A DNA stretch of 64,000 nt from Podarcis melisellensis (taxonomy: Eukaryota), in NCBI GenBank assembly GCA_964234715.1, contig OZ174286.1; one strand, given 5' to 3'. Numbering within the stretch: the stretch's first letter is position 1; every line of letters starts with the position of its first letter. Positions 58,101-64,000 of the stretch are shown here, piece by piece. Made by a program: the position numbers and the translations under genes. The notes beneath the pieces are model-generated. The model was not told the DNA's origin. It did no database searches and worked only from the letters and a program-made list of their open reading frames with translations.

Positions 58101-61040
58101 TTTATTTGCAGATCCAATGCCAAAAGATTATGAACAGTGGTATGGTTTCACACAGTTTGCATTAGAATTAAATGAATTGGACCCGCTCACTAGGCCTCTG
58201 TTACCATCTACTGATACCCGATTTAGACCAGACCAAAGGTATTATTATTATTATTGTTGTTGTTGTTGTTGTTGTTGTTAAATAATTAAGTTTCCTGTAG
58301 CTGAATACATACTGAGGCAGCACTTATTATCTTGTACCCTTCAGAGGCAGGATGTGCATGTGTTGTGCCCATCATCAAGGAAAATCAGTTCTTACTGGTT
58401 AGTTTTTTGGGAAAGACAAAAAGAGAGTAGAGATCATTACCTGCCTCTGAAATGTCAGGGTCCCTCCCCTCCCATTTTTTTGTTGAGTTCTGGAATCAGT
58501 TCACTGGTTGTTTTTCCCAATCTGTAGCCTGGGACAATGATCTGGTTGTTGCTACTTCATGGTTTGCAGATACTAAGCTAAGGGAGCCACAAAATAAAAT
58601 GCCAACAATGCTTTGTTCTTTTATCGTTGCTTATGGCAGGCTCCTAGAGGAAGGGAATATTGAAGGAGCAGAAATGCAAAAACAAAGGATTGAGCAGCTA
58701 CAGAGAGAGCGGCGAAAAGTTCTAGAAGAAAACAATATGGAGCATCAGCCTAGATTTTTCAGGTATTTTTTTTAACATAGCAGATTTTTTTGCTGAAATG
58801 TCTGCTAATATGCTAGAAGAGTGGCACAGAAAGTGATCCACAAGGTCCCAGTTCATGGTTCATTTCTCAGAATATTTACCTAATTGCTAAAGCCATAATT
58901 TTATTTATGTCTTGTAGCTAAAACAATGGGCTAGGAAAACCAAAGAAATTGTTTTATTGCGGTGGGGTGGCTGGAAGCTAACTCGGAAACATGTTGGGAG
59001 AAGTGAGAAACCAAGGAATAAATGGGGAATCCTGTGGCTCTCTAGATGTTGTTGGACTACAACTCCAGTCATTCATGACCATTGGCTATGTTGGCTGAGG
59101 CTGATTGGAGATGGAGTTGAATAACAGCTCAAGGTCCAGGACAGAGCTCCCAATATCCTACTCATGGATTTTTCCTCCAGAAACATTGGTTCCTCATCGC
59201 TGCCACACAGGATGGCATTTTTGAGTTGCCTAGCTAGTTTGGGAGTTGGCATACAGTTGTACCTTGGATCCCAAATGCCTTGCAAGTCGAACGTTTTGGC
59301 TCCCAAACACCGCAAGCCCGGAAGTGAGTGTTCCATTTTGCAAACGTTCTTTGGAACCTGAACATCGGACGCAACTTCTGCAGCTTCCGATTGGCTGCAG
59401 GAGATTCCTGCAGCCAATCGGAAGCCGCGCCTTGGTTTCCGAACATTTTGGAAGTCAAACGGACTTCCGGAACAGACTTCTGGAATGGATTCCGAGGTAC
59501 CACTGTACTGTGATGGTGGTTTCAGTTCTAGCTATCAGAAGGTGATCATAGGGGATTACTGTTCTACTTCATGAGGTTTATTTTGTGGTGTGCCACAAGA
59601 TTCAGTCTTATCCCCTGTGCTTTTCAGTATCTACATGAAACCTCTGGGGAAAGGGATTTGGGACAAAGTATCATCAGCATAGGGACGCAGGTGGCGCTGT
59701 GGGTTAAAGCCTCAGCGCCTAGGGCTTGCCGATCGAAAGGTCGGTGGTTCGAATCCCCGCGGCGGGGTGCGCTCCCATTGCTCGGTCCCAGCGCCTGCCA
59801 ACCTAGCAGTTCGAAAGCACCCCCAGGTGCAAGTAGATAAATAGGGACCGCTTACTGGCGGGAAGGTAAACGGCGTTTCCGTGTGCTGCGCTGGCTCACC
59901 AGATGTAGCTTTGTCACGCTGGCCACGTGACCCGGAAGTGTCTCCGGACAGCGCTGGCCCCTGGCCTCTTAAGTGAGATGGGCGCACAACCCCAGAGTCT
60001 GTCAAGACTGGCCCGTACGGGCAGGGGTACCTTTACCTTTACCTTATCATCAGCATATGGACGCGGGTGGCGTTGTGGGTTAAACCACAGAGCCTAGGAC
60101 TTGCCGGTCAGAAGGTCGGCTGTTCGAATCCCTGCGACGGGGTGAGCTCCTGTTGCTCAGCCCATGCTCCTGCCAACCTTGCAGTTCAGAAGCAACTCAG
60201 AGTGCTAGATAAATAGGTACTGCTTCGGCGGGAAGGTAAACGGCATTTCCGTGCGCTGCTCTGGTTCGCCAGAAGCGGCTTAGTCATGCTGGCCACATGA
60301 CCCTGAAGCTATACGCCGGCTCCCTTGGCCAGTAAAACGAGATGAGTGCCGCAACCCCAGAGTCAGTCACGACTGAACCTAATGGTCAGGGGTCCCTTTA
60401 CCTTTACCTTATCATCAGCATATACAAACCTATACCTAATTTCAGTATTCCAGGTGAAGCATTGTATGTCTTAAATGCATTTGAGATATAGTGTGGGATC
60501 CAGTGAGATTAATAAATGGAAGCAGATGTGGCAAAGGTGTGCAGTGTGAAAGGTCCAATTGATCTGGAAGTGGATGGTTCTCTTGCTCTGGATAGGGTTA
60601 CACTTGCAGCCGGTTCCCATGCTTCTGAAATCTCCGGTGGCAGCTGTGCCCAGGAGTTCAGTTTTGCCAATATAGCTTGATCTGCCAACTGCTACCACTT
60701 TTAGAGAAGCATAATTATTCATCATTAGCCACTGCTGAGTGTGTGAAATGTCAGACTCAGACCAGGGAAATACCAGTTAAAATCCTCACTCAACCTGAAG
60801 CTGGTTAGATGTCTAGTCTTACTTTGCAGGGTGGTTCTGAGGATTAAATGGGGTGTGGGAGGAGTATGACTGCCACACTGAGTGGCATAAAACATGCATG
60901 TTTCACAGGAGAATTAAAAAAAGCTCTGTTGATTGTTTGACAGGAAATCTGAAGATGACTCCTGGGTCAGCAATGGAACTTATCTAGAACTTAGAAAAAA
61001 CCCTGGCTTTTCCAAGGTGGATAATGCTGTCTTATGGTGA
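541..61040 (+). CDS. OSBPL3: Oxysterol-binding protein-related protein 3, complete spliced CDS: join(541..633,18495..18611,18770..18823,19047..19160,20860..21033,22178..22304,24728..24831,24944..25036,27576..27732,31359..31489,40053..40160,48157..48291,48806..48899,50316..50566,52190..52327,53433..53496,55678..55756,57016..57160,57373..57517,58112..58238,58640..58762,60944..61040)
   Basis: All introns are GT-AG and phases are consistent; 2670 nt = 889 aa + stop. Translation matches ORP3 throughout: [33 protein letters not shown] domain ([13 protein letters not shown]), [14 protein letters not shown] fingerprint EQVSHHPP, C-terminus DNAVLW*. Confidence 0.97.
660..897 (+). mobile_element. tRNA-derived SINE (Squam3-like)
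   Basis: A/B-box head (TGGTGTAGTGG, GGTTCG), CTT tail; sister copy at 30332. Confidence 0.8.
1329..1736 (-). repeat. 3' LTR of the Gypsy element
   Basis: 408 bp, preceded on the - strand by a polypurine tract. Confidence 0.97.
1433..5356 (-). CDS. pol: Pol polyprotein (frame open from 5524; first ATG after the junction at 5356)
   Basis: Protease LLDSGS; RT ...FLDD; RNase H ETDASD..ELLAI..DHKNL..ADALSR; IN HHCC, D-D-E, GPF motif; chromodomain [12 protein letters not shown]. Confidence 0.96.
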   Translation of the reverse strand: MKVPMPEPPRPALVIEVLLELPNGHPLKVKALLDSGSSCNFMSKEFAAEHQIQTIPLSNPLQVTTIDGRELLGGEVSQQTVPMIMRVARHTEQIAFNVAILGGAPIILGMSWLALHDPLVGWHQRVVSFGSAHCLEHCKEGKVSGGDRVTLAGMEVMDKGKVPPQYADLSNVFSEREADKLPPHRPFDCQINLLPGAQLPVGKLYAMSDREMQELREFIDKNLKRGFIRESRAVGGSPVFFVDKKNTDKPRLVCDFRALNAVSEPLAFPMPRIDDILTRVRKGKIFTKLDLRGAYNLIRIRKGDEWKTTMFTPLGAFEYLVMPFGLQGGSACFQAFINHVLGPLLYKNCVAFLDDVLVYSENEEQHVRDVREVLGRLQANQLWVKLEKCQFHTKEVEFLGYRLSDKGLAMDPGKVQAVLEWKTPKTKKDVQRFLGFGNFYRKFIKNFAHLTAPITDCLSSKKKFVWTAEADRAFEELKRAFASEEQLLHVDLRKPMRVETDASDRAVGAVLLQPGRSASEWRPCAFFSRKLNKSERNYTVYDRELLAIHEAFRRWRHLLIGAQHKVQVCTDHKNLEYWRTARVLNQRQVRWAQEFSKFNFEICYVPGPENVRADALSRKPEYWEGEGVIEERHVIPEDRWVCGAAMVGQRELVEETENDEYAQDKLRGLRGEGESPGGFEERNGALYYKGALYIPEGELRGRVLKQLHDSPTAGHFGQHKTMWLVTREFWWPKVREDVREYVRGCDQCQRAKGERRAPAGLLEPLPTPERPWEAISIDFMTDLPRSKGKTAIMVVVDLLTKMCHFVACSHAVTAEETAKLFVEHIFRLHGAPSRVISDRGKQFTSRFWRKLMSLLHVEVNFSTARHPETNGQAERANGILQQYLRCYVNDRENDWVEKLALAEFAYNNAENVSTGMSPFLANYGCHPRAFSGEGGERWSVPAAEHFVEEMEAIHQQLQLNLERAKAQYKKQADKNRREGETIRVGDQVWLSTQGLPFKGGCKKLRPRRLGPFEVIQQVNPAAFKLRLPNHMKLHPVFHRSLLSPYRGGGEGEHVRGPALEERERRNHVAEILDSRWKGNQVEYLVAWEGEPESENTWVSAQEVNDEVLTETFHQRFPRKPQPIARFRREYFGTTDEEEEMEGFAESELEEGVDSDDEEYLESRNSNKWKEVFATSEDEGGSFKGFTSSPPVGEETGGGEGGPGGEVDVRELTSKAPEAQRLTEGERAVAAEEGTSRGRARNPRESESEGWLRDASSETSGEVSGPPIGTPTPRRKLSRREARRRVSVKELLCWKRFRKQPLSDSTSD
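1737..1750 (-). other. Polypurine tract (GGAGGGGAGGTGGA)
   Basis: Abuts the 3' LTR on the - strand. Confidence 0.85.
5345..5400 (-). promoter_or_regulatory. Predicted H-type RNA pseudoknot at the gag/pol junction
   Basis: Stem 1 GCCUGGCUGC/GCAGCCAGGC (10 bp); stem 2 GGGCAC/GUGCCC (6 bp). Confidence 0.75.
5353..6372 (-). CDS. gag: Gag (retrotransposon capsid + CCHC zinc knuckle)
   Basis: MSNPAG start just downstream of the 5' LTR leader; QGSRSVREY (MHR-like); [14 protein letters not shown] knuckle. Confidence 0.93.
   Translation of the reverse strand: MSNPAGTGEAGAAGGGPSLEERYRALEIQLALQTARLEERRAQDAEKGKEKTTPLARKVPGLVQKFGGDPRNYHAFRTEMQYALNLQFDDFPDEESRVAYVIGHLESGAKDWVRPLMAANNEILKDTRKFFRAMDLMFSSDIEQGVVRRQLMACQQGSRSVREYWTEFTMLIHKLGWDLSAEPIQMLFEEGLSSTVKDELSRGPRAESMDQLTKSALAIGARQEARAMEKREGKGDRWREFRIPDIPEPPFPPAEPMEFGTARARAVSNPSEGRKKEGKSAKRCYLCQQPGHFARVCPQRKEWQGMAGAVGGKEEEGKEQVKANAWLPPLGHSSQAKEQ
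6406..6416 (-). other. Self-priming primer-binding site (AATCCGAAAGT)
   Basis: Lies 2 nt inside the 5' LTR boundary, has no TGG, and is the perfect complement of LTR 6537-6547. Confidence 0.8.
6419..6826 (-). repeat. 5' LTR of the Gypsy element
   Basis: 408 bp, TG..CA, identical by eye to 1329..1736. Confidence 0.97.
8608..8887 (+). mobile_element. LTR-like element (about 280 bp)
   Basis: TG..CA, several ATTGG/CCAAT boxes, TATATAAA, GATAAA near the 3' end; no clear TSD. Confidence 0.55.
9685..10008 (-). mobile_element. Rex1/Babar LINE 3' fragment
   Basis: - strand reads [33 protein letters not shown], typical of the Rex1 C-terminus; AATAAA and (TATCG)n tail. Confidence 0.7.
10989..11276 (-). 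mobile_element. BovB (RTE) internal-deletion derivative, 5' end fused to 3' end
   Basis: BovB-like 5' UTR plus 3' terminus with (CAA)n tail; 14-bp TSD GGAAAATACAGGCT (10975-10988, 11277-11290). Confidence 0.8.
11872..12116 (-). mobile_element. Same MITE family, intact copy
   Basis: CAGTGGTACCTCG..CGAGGTACCACTG, TA flanks. Confidence 0.9.
13839..13887. repeat. (ATT)n microsatellite
   Basis: Direct. Confidence 0.9.
17803..17938. mobile_element. hAT-type palindromic MITE (136 bp)
   Basis: Near-perfect inverted repeat, 8-bp TSD AACTAGAC (17795-17802, 17939-17946); decayed relatives near 955-1060, 21410-21525, 31800-31930, 43550-43860, 53695-53815, 59010-59120. Confidence 0.9.
18495..18611 (+). 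CDS. OSBPL3: OSBPL3 coding exon 2 (PH start)
   Basis: [39 protein letters not shown], cag/ and /gtgag. Confidence 0.95.
18770..18823 (+). CDS. OSBPL3: OSBPL3 coding exon 3
   Basis: [18 protein letters not shown], cag/ and /gtaag. Confidence 0.95.
19047..19160 (+). CDS. OSBPL3: OSBPL3 coding exon 4
   Basis: [38 protein letters not shown]. Confidence 0.95.
20860..21033 (+). CDS. OSBPL3: OSBPL3 coding exon 5 (PH end)
   Basis: [31 protein letters not shown]...STASRK. Confidence 0.95.
22178..22304 (+). CDS. OSBPL3: OSBPL3 coding exon 6
   Basis: [20 protein letters not shown]...[15 protein letters not shown]. Confidence 0.93.
22655..22684. repeat. (GT)n microsatellite
   Basis: Direct. Confidence 0.9.
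23750..23890 (+). mobile_element. CR1 LINE 3' fragment
   Basis: GTGGACTCTCCTTCCTTGGAGGTTTT..GTCCCTTCC..CTCTATGA. Confidence 0.65.
23942..24389 (-). mobile_element. Solo LTR of a related, diverged Gypsy family
   Basis: TGTGA..CTGACA termini like the full element; TSD CAACC/CAGCC; AATAAA on the - strand at 24006-24011; shared primer-site/CATAAAAG architecture. Confidence 0.85.
24728..24831 (+). CDS. OSBPL3: OSBPL3 coding exon 7
   Basis: (D)[34 protein letters not shown]. Confidence 0.95.
24944..25036 (+). CDS. OSBPL3: OSBPL3 coding exon 8 (93 nt, symmetric phase 0)
   Basis: [31 protein letters not shown]. Confidence 0.93.
27576..27732 (+). CDS. OSBPL3: OSBPL3 coding exon 9
   Basis: [27 protein letters not shown]...[11 protein letters not shown]. 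Confidence 0.95.
28730..28880 (-). mobile_element. tRNA-head/CR1-tail SINE (Squam2/POM-like)
   Basis: GCTGGGATAGCTCAATTGGTAGAGC head, CR1-like tail; related copy near 38803-38925. Confidence 0.7.
28884..29264 (+). mobile_element. Sauria SINE
   Basis: GGTGGCGCTGTGG head, GCAAGTAGA(T)AAATAGGTACC core, (CCTTTA)n tail. Confidence 0.88.
29573..29930. repeat. 70-bp perfect direct repeat (29573-29642, 29861-29930) flanking a 218-bp GC-rich insert
   Basis: Direct sequence comparison. Confidence 0.92.
30332..30632 (+). mobile_element. tRNA-derived SINE (Squam3-like) with (TTC)n tail
   Basis: Homologous to 660-897. Confidence 0.85.
31359..31489 (+). CDS. OSBPL3: OSBPL3 coding exon 10
   Basis: (V)[43 protein letters not shown]. 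Confidence 0.95.
32345..32850. repeat. Decayed interspersed repeat (possibly RTE-related)
   Basis: Resembles a lacertid repeat from recall only; internal duplicated TAGGGTTTACTCC segment. Confidence 0.35.
33165..33500 (-). mobile_element. L2-like LINE 3' fragment
   Basis: (AAT)n tail with CCCCGCCCATCTGG 3' stem region; similar ends at 13700-13900 and 49093-49180. Confidence 0.6.
39343..39408 (+). CDS. Candidate 66-nt in-frame cassette exon of OSBPL3 ([22 protein letters not shown])
   Basis: Pyrimidine tract and about 57-nt AG-free zone, first AG at 39341-42, consensus donor ACG/gtaagt, phase 0/0, no stop codon. Confidence 0.5.
40053..40160 (+). CDS. OSBPL3: OSBPL3 coding exon 11 (108 nt, symmetric phase 0)
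   Basis: [36 protein letters not shown]. Confidence 0.93.
43312..43543. mobile_element. Related Tigger-like MITE
   Basis: CAGCGGAACCTCGGTTTTC..GAAAACCGAGGTTCCACTG. Confidence 0.78.
44318..44583 (+). mobile_element. Sauria SINE, 5'-truncated
   Basis: Core and tail match the other copies. Confidence 0.8.
46081..46249. other. Assembly gap (169 N)
   Basis: Run of N. Confidence 0.99.
46262..46865 (-). mobile_element. Same MITE family, interrupted by a nested MITE
   Basis: CAGTGGTACC TIRs, TA flanks. Confidence 0.88.
46284..46659. mobile_element. Nested Tc2/pogo-like MITE with CCGTATTT TIRs
   Basis: CCGTATTTTTCG...CAAATACGG, TA duplication; empty site gttaagTActtaat seen in sister copies. Confidence 0.85.
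47496..47970. mobile_element. Related Tigger-like MITE (475 bp)
   Basis: CAGTGGTACCTTGGTTCTCAAA..TTTGAGAACCCAAGGTACCACTG, TA TSD. Confidence 0.85.
48157..48291 (+). CDS. OSBPL3: OSBPL3 coding exon 12 (FFAT motif)
   Basis: [45 protein letters not shown]. Confidence 0.95.
48806..48899 (+). CDS. OSBPL3: OSBPL3 coding exon 13
   Basis: [31 protein letters not shown]. Confidence 0.95.
49093..49142. repeat. (AAT)n microsatellite
   Basis: Direct. Confidence 0.9.
50316..50566 (+). CDS. OSBPL3: OSBPL3 coding exon 14 (ORD start)
   Basis: [61 protein letters not shown]. Confidence 0.96.
50822..51175 (+). mobile_element. Sauria SINE
   Basis: Full head, core and (ACCTTT)n tail. Confidence 0.88.
52190..52327 (+). 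CDS. OSBPL3: OSBPL3 coding exon 15
   Basis: [46 protein letters not shown]. Confidence 0.96.
53433..53496 (+). CDS. OSBPL3: OSBPL3 coding exon 16 (OSBP fingerprint)
   Basis: [21 protein letters not shown]. Confidence 0.96.
54329..54570 (+). mobile_element. Same MITE family, intact copy
   Basis: CAGTGGTACC TIRs, TA TSD. Confidence 0.9.
55678..55756 (+). CDS. OSBPL3: OSBPL3 coding exon 17
   Basis: (D)[25 protein letters not shown]. Confidence 0.96.
57016..57160 (+). CDS. OSBPL3: OSBPL3 coding exon 18
   Basis: [48 protein letters not shown]. Confidence 0.96.
57373..57517 (+). CDS. OSBPL3: OSBPL3 coding exon 19
   Basis: [37 protein letters not shown]...CIWRA. Confidence 0.96.
58112..58238 (+). 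CDS. OSBPL3: OSBPL3 coding exon 20
   Basis: (N)[41 protein letters not shown]. Confidence 0.96.
58640..58762 (+). CDS. OSBPL3: OSBPL3 coding exon 21
   Basis: [40 protein letters not shown]. Confidence 0.96.
59254..59505. mobile_element. Related Tigger-like MITE
   Basis: CAGTTGTACCTTGGATCC..GGATTCCGAGGTACCACTG, TA flanks. Confidence 0.8.
59682..60044 (+). mobile_element. Sauria SINE (subfamily A, younger-looking)
   Basis: Full length, TSD TATCATCAGCATA. Confidence 0.9.
60058..60409 (+). mobile_element. Sauria SINE (subfamily B)
   Basis: Full length, TSD TATCATCAGCATA. Confidence 0.9.
60944..61040 (+). CDS. OSBPL3: OSBPL3 last coding exon
   Basis: [34 protein letters not shown] ends at 61040. 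Confidence 0.96.
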
Positions 61041-64000
61041 AAAAACAAAAACAAACGAAAAGGACATTATAAGCTGCTGTTTCTCTGATTATAAGAATGG
61101 AAATGCTGCGTATCACCATAACCTTCTAGACTCCTGCTTGATTTAGATTTTTGACAAGCACATTTGTGTTATTCTGTTTGTCTTTTGCTATTTTGATAGT
61201 AACCATGATTTATTTGAATGTACAAAAAACTCTAATTTTCTTGACATATATATTTAATAAATGATGGTTGAATGTTATCTCTGAAAGGGGGGTGGGGTGG
61301 GGAGGAGAGAAGCTTTAACACTATTTTTTCCAAAGGATGATGCAAGTTCAGATTTAATGCCTTATTGAGTTCTGTGATAAACAGTATTGGCCAGGAACCT
61401 TCAGCCGCACTACAGTAACTGAATGGAGGCATCTGATCCCACCCCACAAGATGTCAGGAAGCTAACCAAAGCTGGAGTGAGTGTGTTTCTGTCTCTTGCC
61501 TGAGATTCCATCTCAGTTACTGATCTTTTTGGAATCTGTTTTTTTTTTTTTTGTGGTTTGGATTTGCTTTGTTTTTGAGCACATGGGCAGAGCAATGCAT
61601 AAGACCACCAGTCGCGTTGGATGAGATGGAGCTGTTCCTTCACCCAGTTCTGCCTGGCTGTGCTGGGCACTGCTACCATGGAGCGGCTAGCTGCACCCAC
61701 CTCAACTGTGGATAACGGAAGGCACTCCTGTGGAATCCCTGCTGGCAGTAGCTGCTATATATCCCCAAATCAGGAGTAGAGCTGCATAAGCTAAGGATCG
61801 CTTGGATCCTCAGCCAGTCCAGCCACCAGTTACTTGTGGAAATGGGCCCAATCTGGGCCTCTCTGCTGTACCAGCCTGGAGCTGGTATAATAAGGAAGCA
61901 ACATGGTTGTTGACCCTACCCTAGCTGCCATCAGGCTCTGGGATGCAGCGGTCGGTCTTCAGTGCTCTGTTTAGCCCTTCCTTTGCTGCCTGCTGGCGGT
62001 CTGGATCGCTCCTGTTCTTTTTACTCCATTAGCTAACCTATTCCAAGAAAGTAGTACTAAGCGGTAGTAGCATTGATGGTTCTACTGCTTTACAAGCAAG
62101 CAAAAGGACGCAGACACTTAGGAACTTCTCTTATGCCTTGTTGACCTTTACGGAAGCTGGACCACCGCAGACTCCAGCAGGGCTCGCACAGTGGAAGTTC
62201 CAAGTGGAACGTGTCCCAGATTTGTACAGTTGGCGTATATGAATTGTGCTGTGTAGACTGAACTTTTGAGGCACGGTCCAACCAAAGTTAGCGATGGCTT
62301 AATTCATGTTAAAATTCAATAGAAAAGCTGTTAGTTGCGAGCAGCTACCTTTTCCCAGAAAGTACCATTTGGTTAAATGCAATTTAGTGGTACTCCTAAA
62401 CAGAACTTGTGGGTAAAAAAAAATGACCAAATGGAAAAGAAACACGGTTTTCTTTGGGGCTGGCGATATCTTTACAGAGCATGGACTCTTTATTTCACGA
62501 TTCTGGTTTGTTTTTAATAAAAATATCCTGCTAGACAATTTTTTTAAAAGCCCTCCTTTTTAACTATTTGCAAAGTAGCTAATTGTGGTTAAGAGACAGG
62601 TGTTTTCTGAAATAAGATTTCGGTATTTTCTACCTCTTCTGAGCAGCACATTTATTATCTTGTATTATTAAAAAAAACAACCATCTGCCTTAGATACAAT
62701 GTATGGAATATATGATCTTCCTTTACCTGTTTAGTGTTTTAAGGTAAATATTTGTCTTGCACTAAAATGGTTATGTTTTTCCTATATCCTCTCTATATAT
62801 TCTAATATCTCCATGAGCATCTTTAGCTTGTTGAAGAAGGAATCCAAAGTAGACAAAACAGCACTTTGGAATGTAGGTGGCAGTCTTGTTTGTTTTTCTT
62901 TTGTTAAATCACAGTTTTAATATAATATCATGCTAAACAGGAAACGTGTGTGCAGAAAATTAGAGTCTGAAACACATACTTCTATAAGCTTTCAGGTCCA
63001 TTGCCTACAAACTGATGGGAGAGTGGTCCTGGATTACAGTGTTGAATGGTACTTTCTGTAAATTAGTAAAGCATTCTTTCCTCATCTTAGTATGTAGTAC
63101 ATGTCTTGCATCCAAGTGCTGTGAACAGAAGTAAAATACATCAATTTGAATATGCTTACGGAGCTTTTCCCTGTGTGAGCTGCCCCAAATCACTTATGGC
63201 AAAGGGAGCAGCTCCATACAAGCATTTTGTCCCACCTGGTTTAGAGCTGTTTCTTCTAATAAGCAAACAGGTTCAGGCAGGTTTTTTCCTGCATACTGTA
63301 TAGCGCACAACTAGATCACAACTAATTTAGCTAGACACAAGATGCATGAGGATGAGTGTTCGCAACAGCACAAGCACACAACAATACAAAACTAAAGCTA
63401 ACATAGTTAACCAGTTTGTTCTGCAGATGCACATTGATGGAGTGGCGAAATAGAAAACGTTAATGACCTTCTGAACTCTCCCATTTATATATGCCTAAGC
63501 AGTTTCAAGGGAAACCAAATTTTAGCAAAACTTCATAAACTCTCCAACTGAAGTGGGGGTGGCGAAAATCCCTCAGACATCAGTTAATAACTTTTCCATT
63601 CATTTATTTATAAGATCTTCCATTACAATAATATCATGTCTATCACTCAGCATAACAATTGCTTGCTGCCTCATTAAACACTCAGGTCTAACTAGGCACT
63701 ATGTTCGCCCCATATTTGTGCCCTTAACTTCAATGGTGTTGTTGTTTTTTATACAAATTGGTAGTGTGGGGTGCAGGCTCTGAATTGGGACCTTAGCATG
63801 AAGGGTTCAAGGCTTTCCGCCATTGCCCCCTGCTTCAGTCCTGGTTAGGATCTGGGCGGTCCACCAGCGATGTACATTAAAAAAAAATGTTCTCATTCAT
63901 TTCAGTGGAAGCTCTTTTTTTATAGGCAAGTTGCTGGTGTGGGCAGTTCAGATTAGGATTATGGAGAGCGAGGTAAATAAGGTTACCAGATTTTTTTCAG
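61041..64000 (+). other. Probable OSBPL3 3' UTR / downstream region; AATAAA at 61256-61261 and 62516-62521
   Basis: Follows the stop codon, AU-rich and repeat-poor; the true 3' end cannot be determined. Confidence 0.5.

Overview
Eukaryotic (squamate, most likely lacertid lizard, judged from Sauria/Squam-type SINEs and a BovB derivative) genomic DNA. It holds the complete coding region of OSBPL3/ORP3 on the + strand: 22 coding exons, 541..61040, 2670 nt, 889 aa, with PH domain, FFAT motif and ORD. The first coding intron carries an intact, very recent Ty3/Gypsy chromovirus (sushi/Tf1-like) on the - strand at 1329..6826. It has identical 408-bp LTRs and a 5-bp TSD, and sits inside a TA-flanked Tc1/mariner-type MITE. 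This element is the most interesting object in the window: (i) its integrase has a chromodomain with a degenerate aromatic cage, followed by two tandem helix-F/acidic/(F,M)xGF motifs resembling LEDGF-IBD/TND-interacting motifs; (ii) Pol reads about 100 codons into the 3' LTR, and this C-terminus is conserved at protein level in a diverged solo LTR 22 kb away; (iii) it has a Tf1-type self-priming 11-nt duplex instead of a tRNA PBS; (iv) the gag/pol junction has an H-type pseudoknot, a non-canonical slip site and an AUGA stop/start overlap. Also found: a candidate in-frame 66-nt OSBPL3 cassette exon, a duplicated splice donor, a 70-bp direct repeat around a GC-rich insert, two SINE insertions into the same target site, nested MITEs and a 169-N assembly gap. 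All coordinates were counted by hand and family names come from recall, not database searches.
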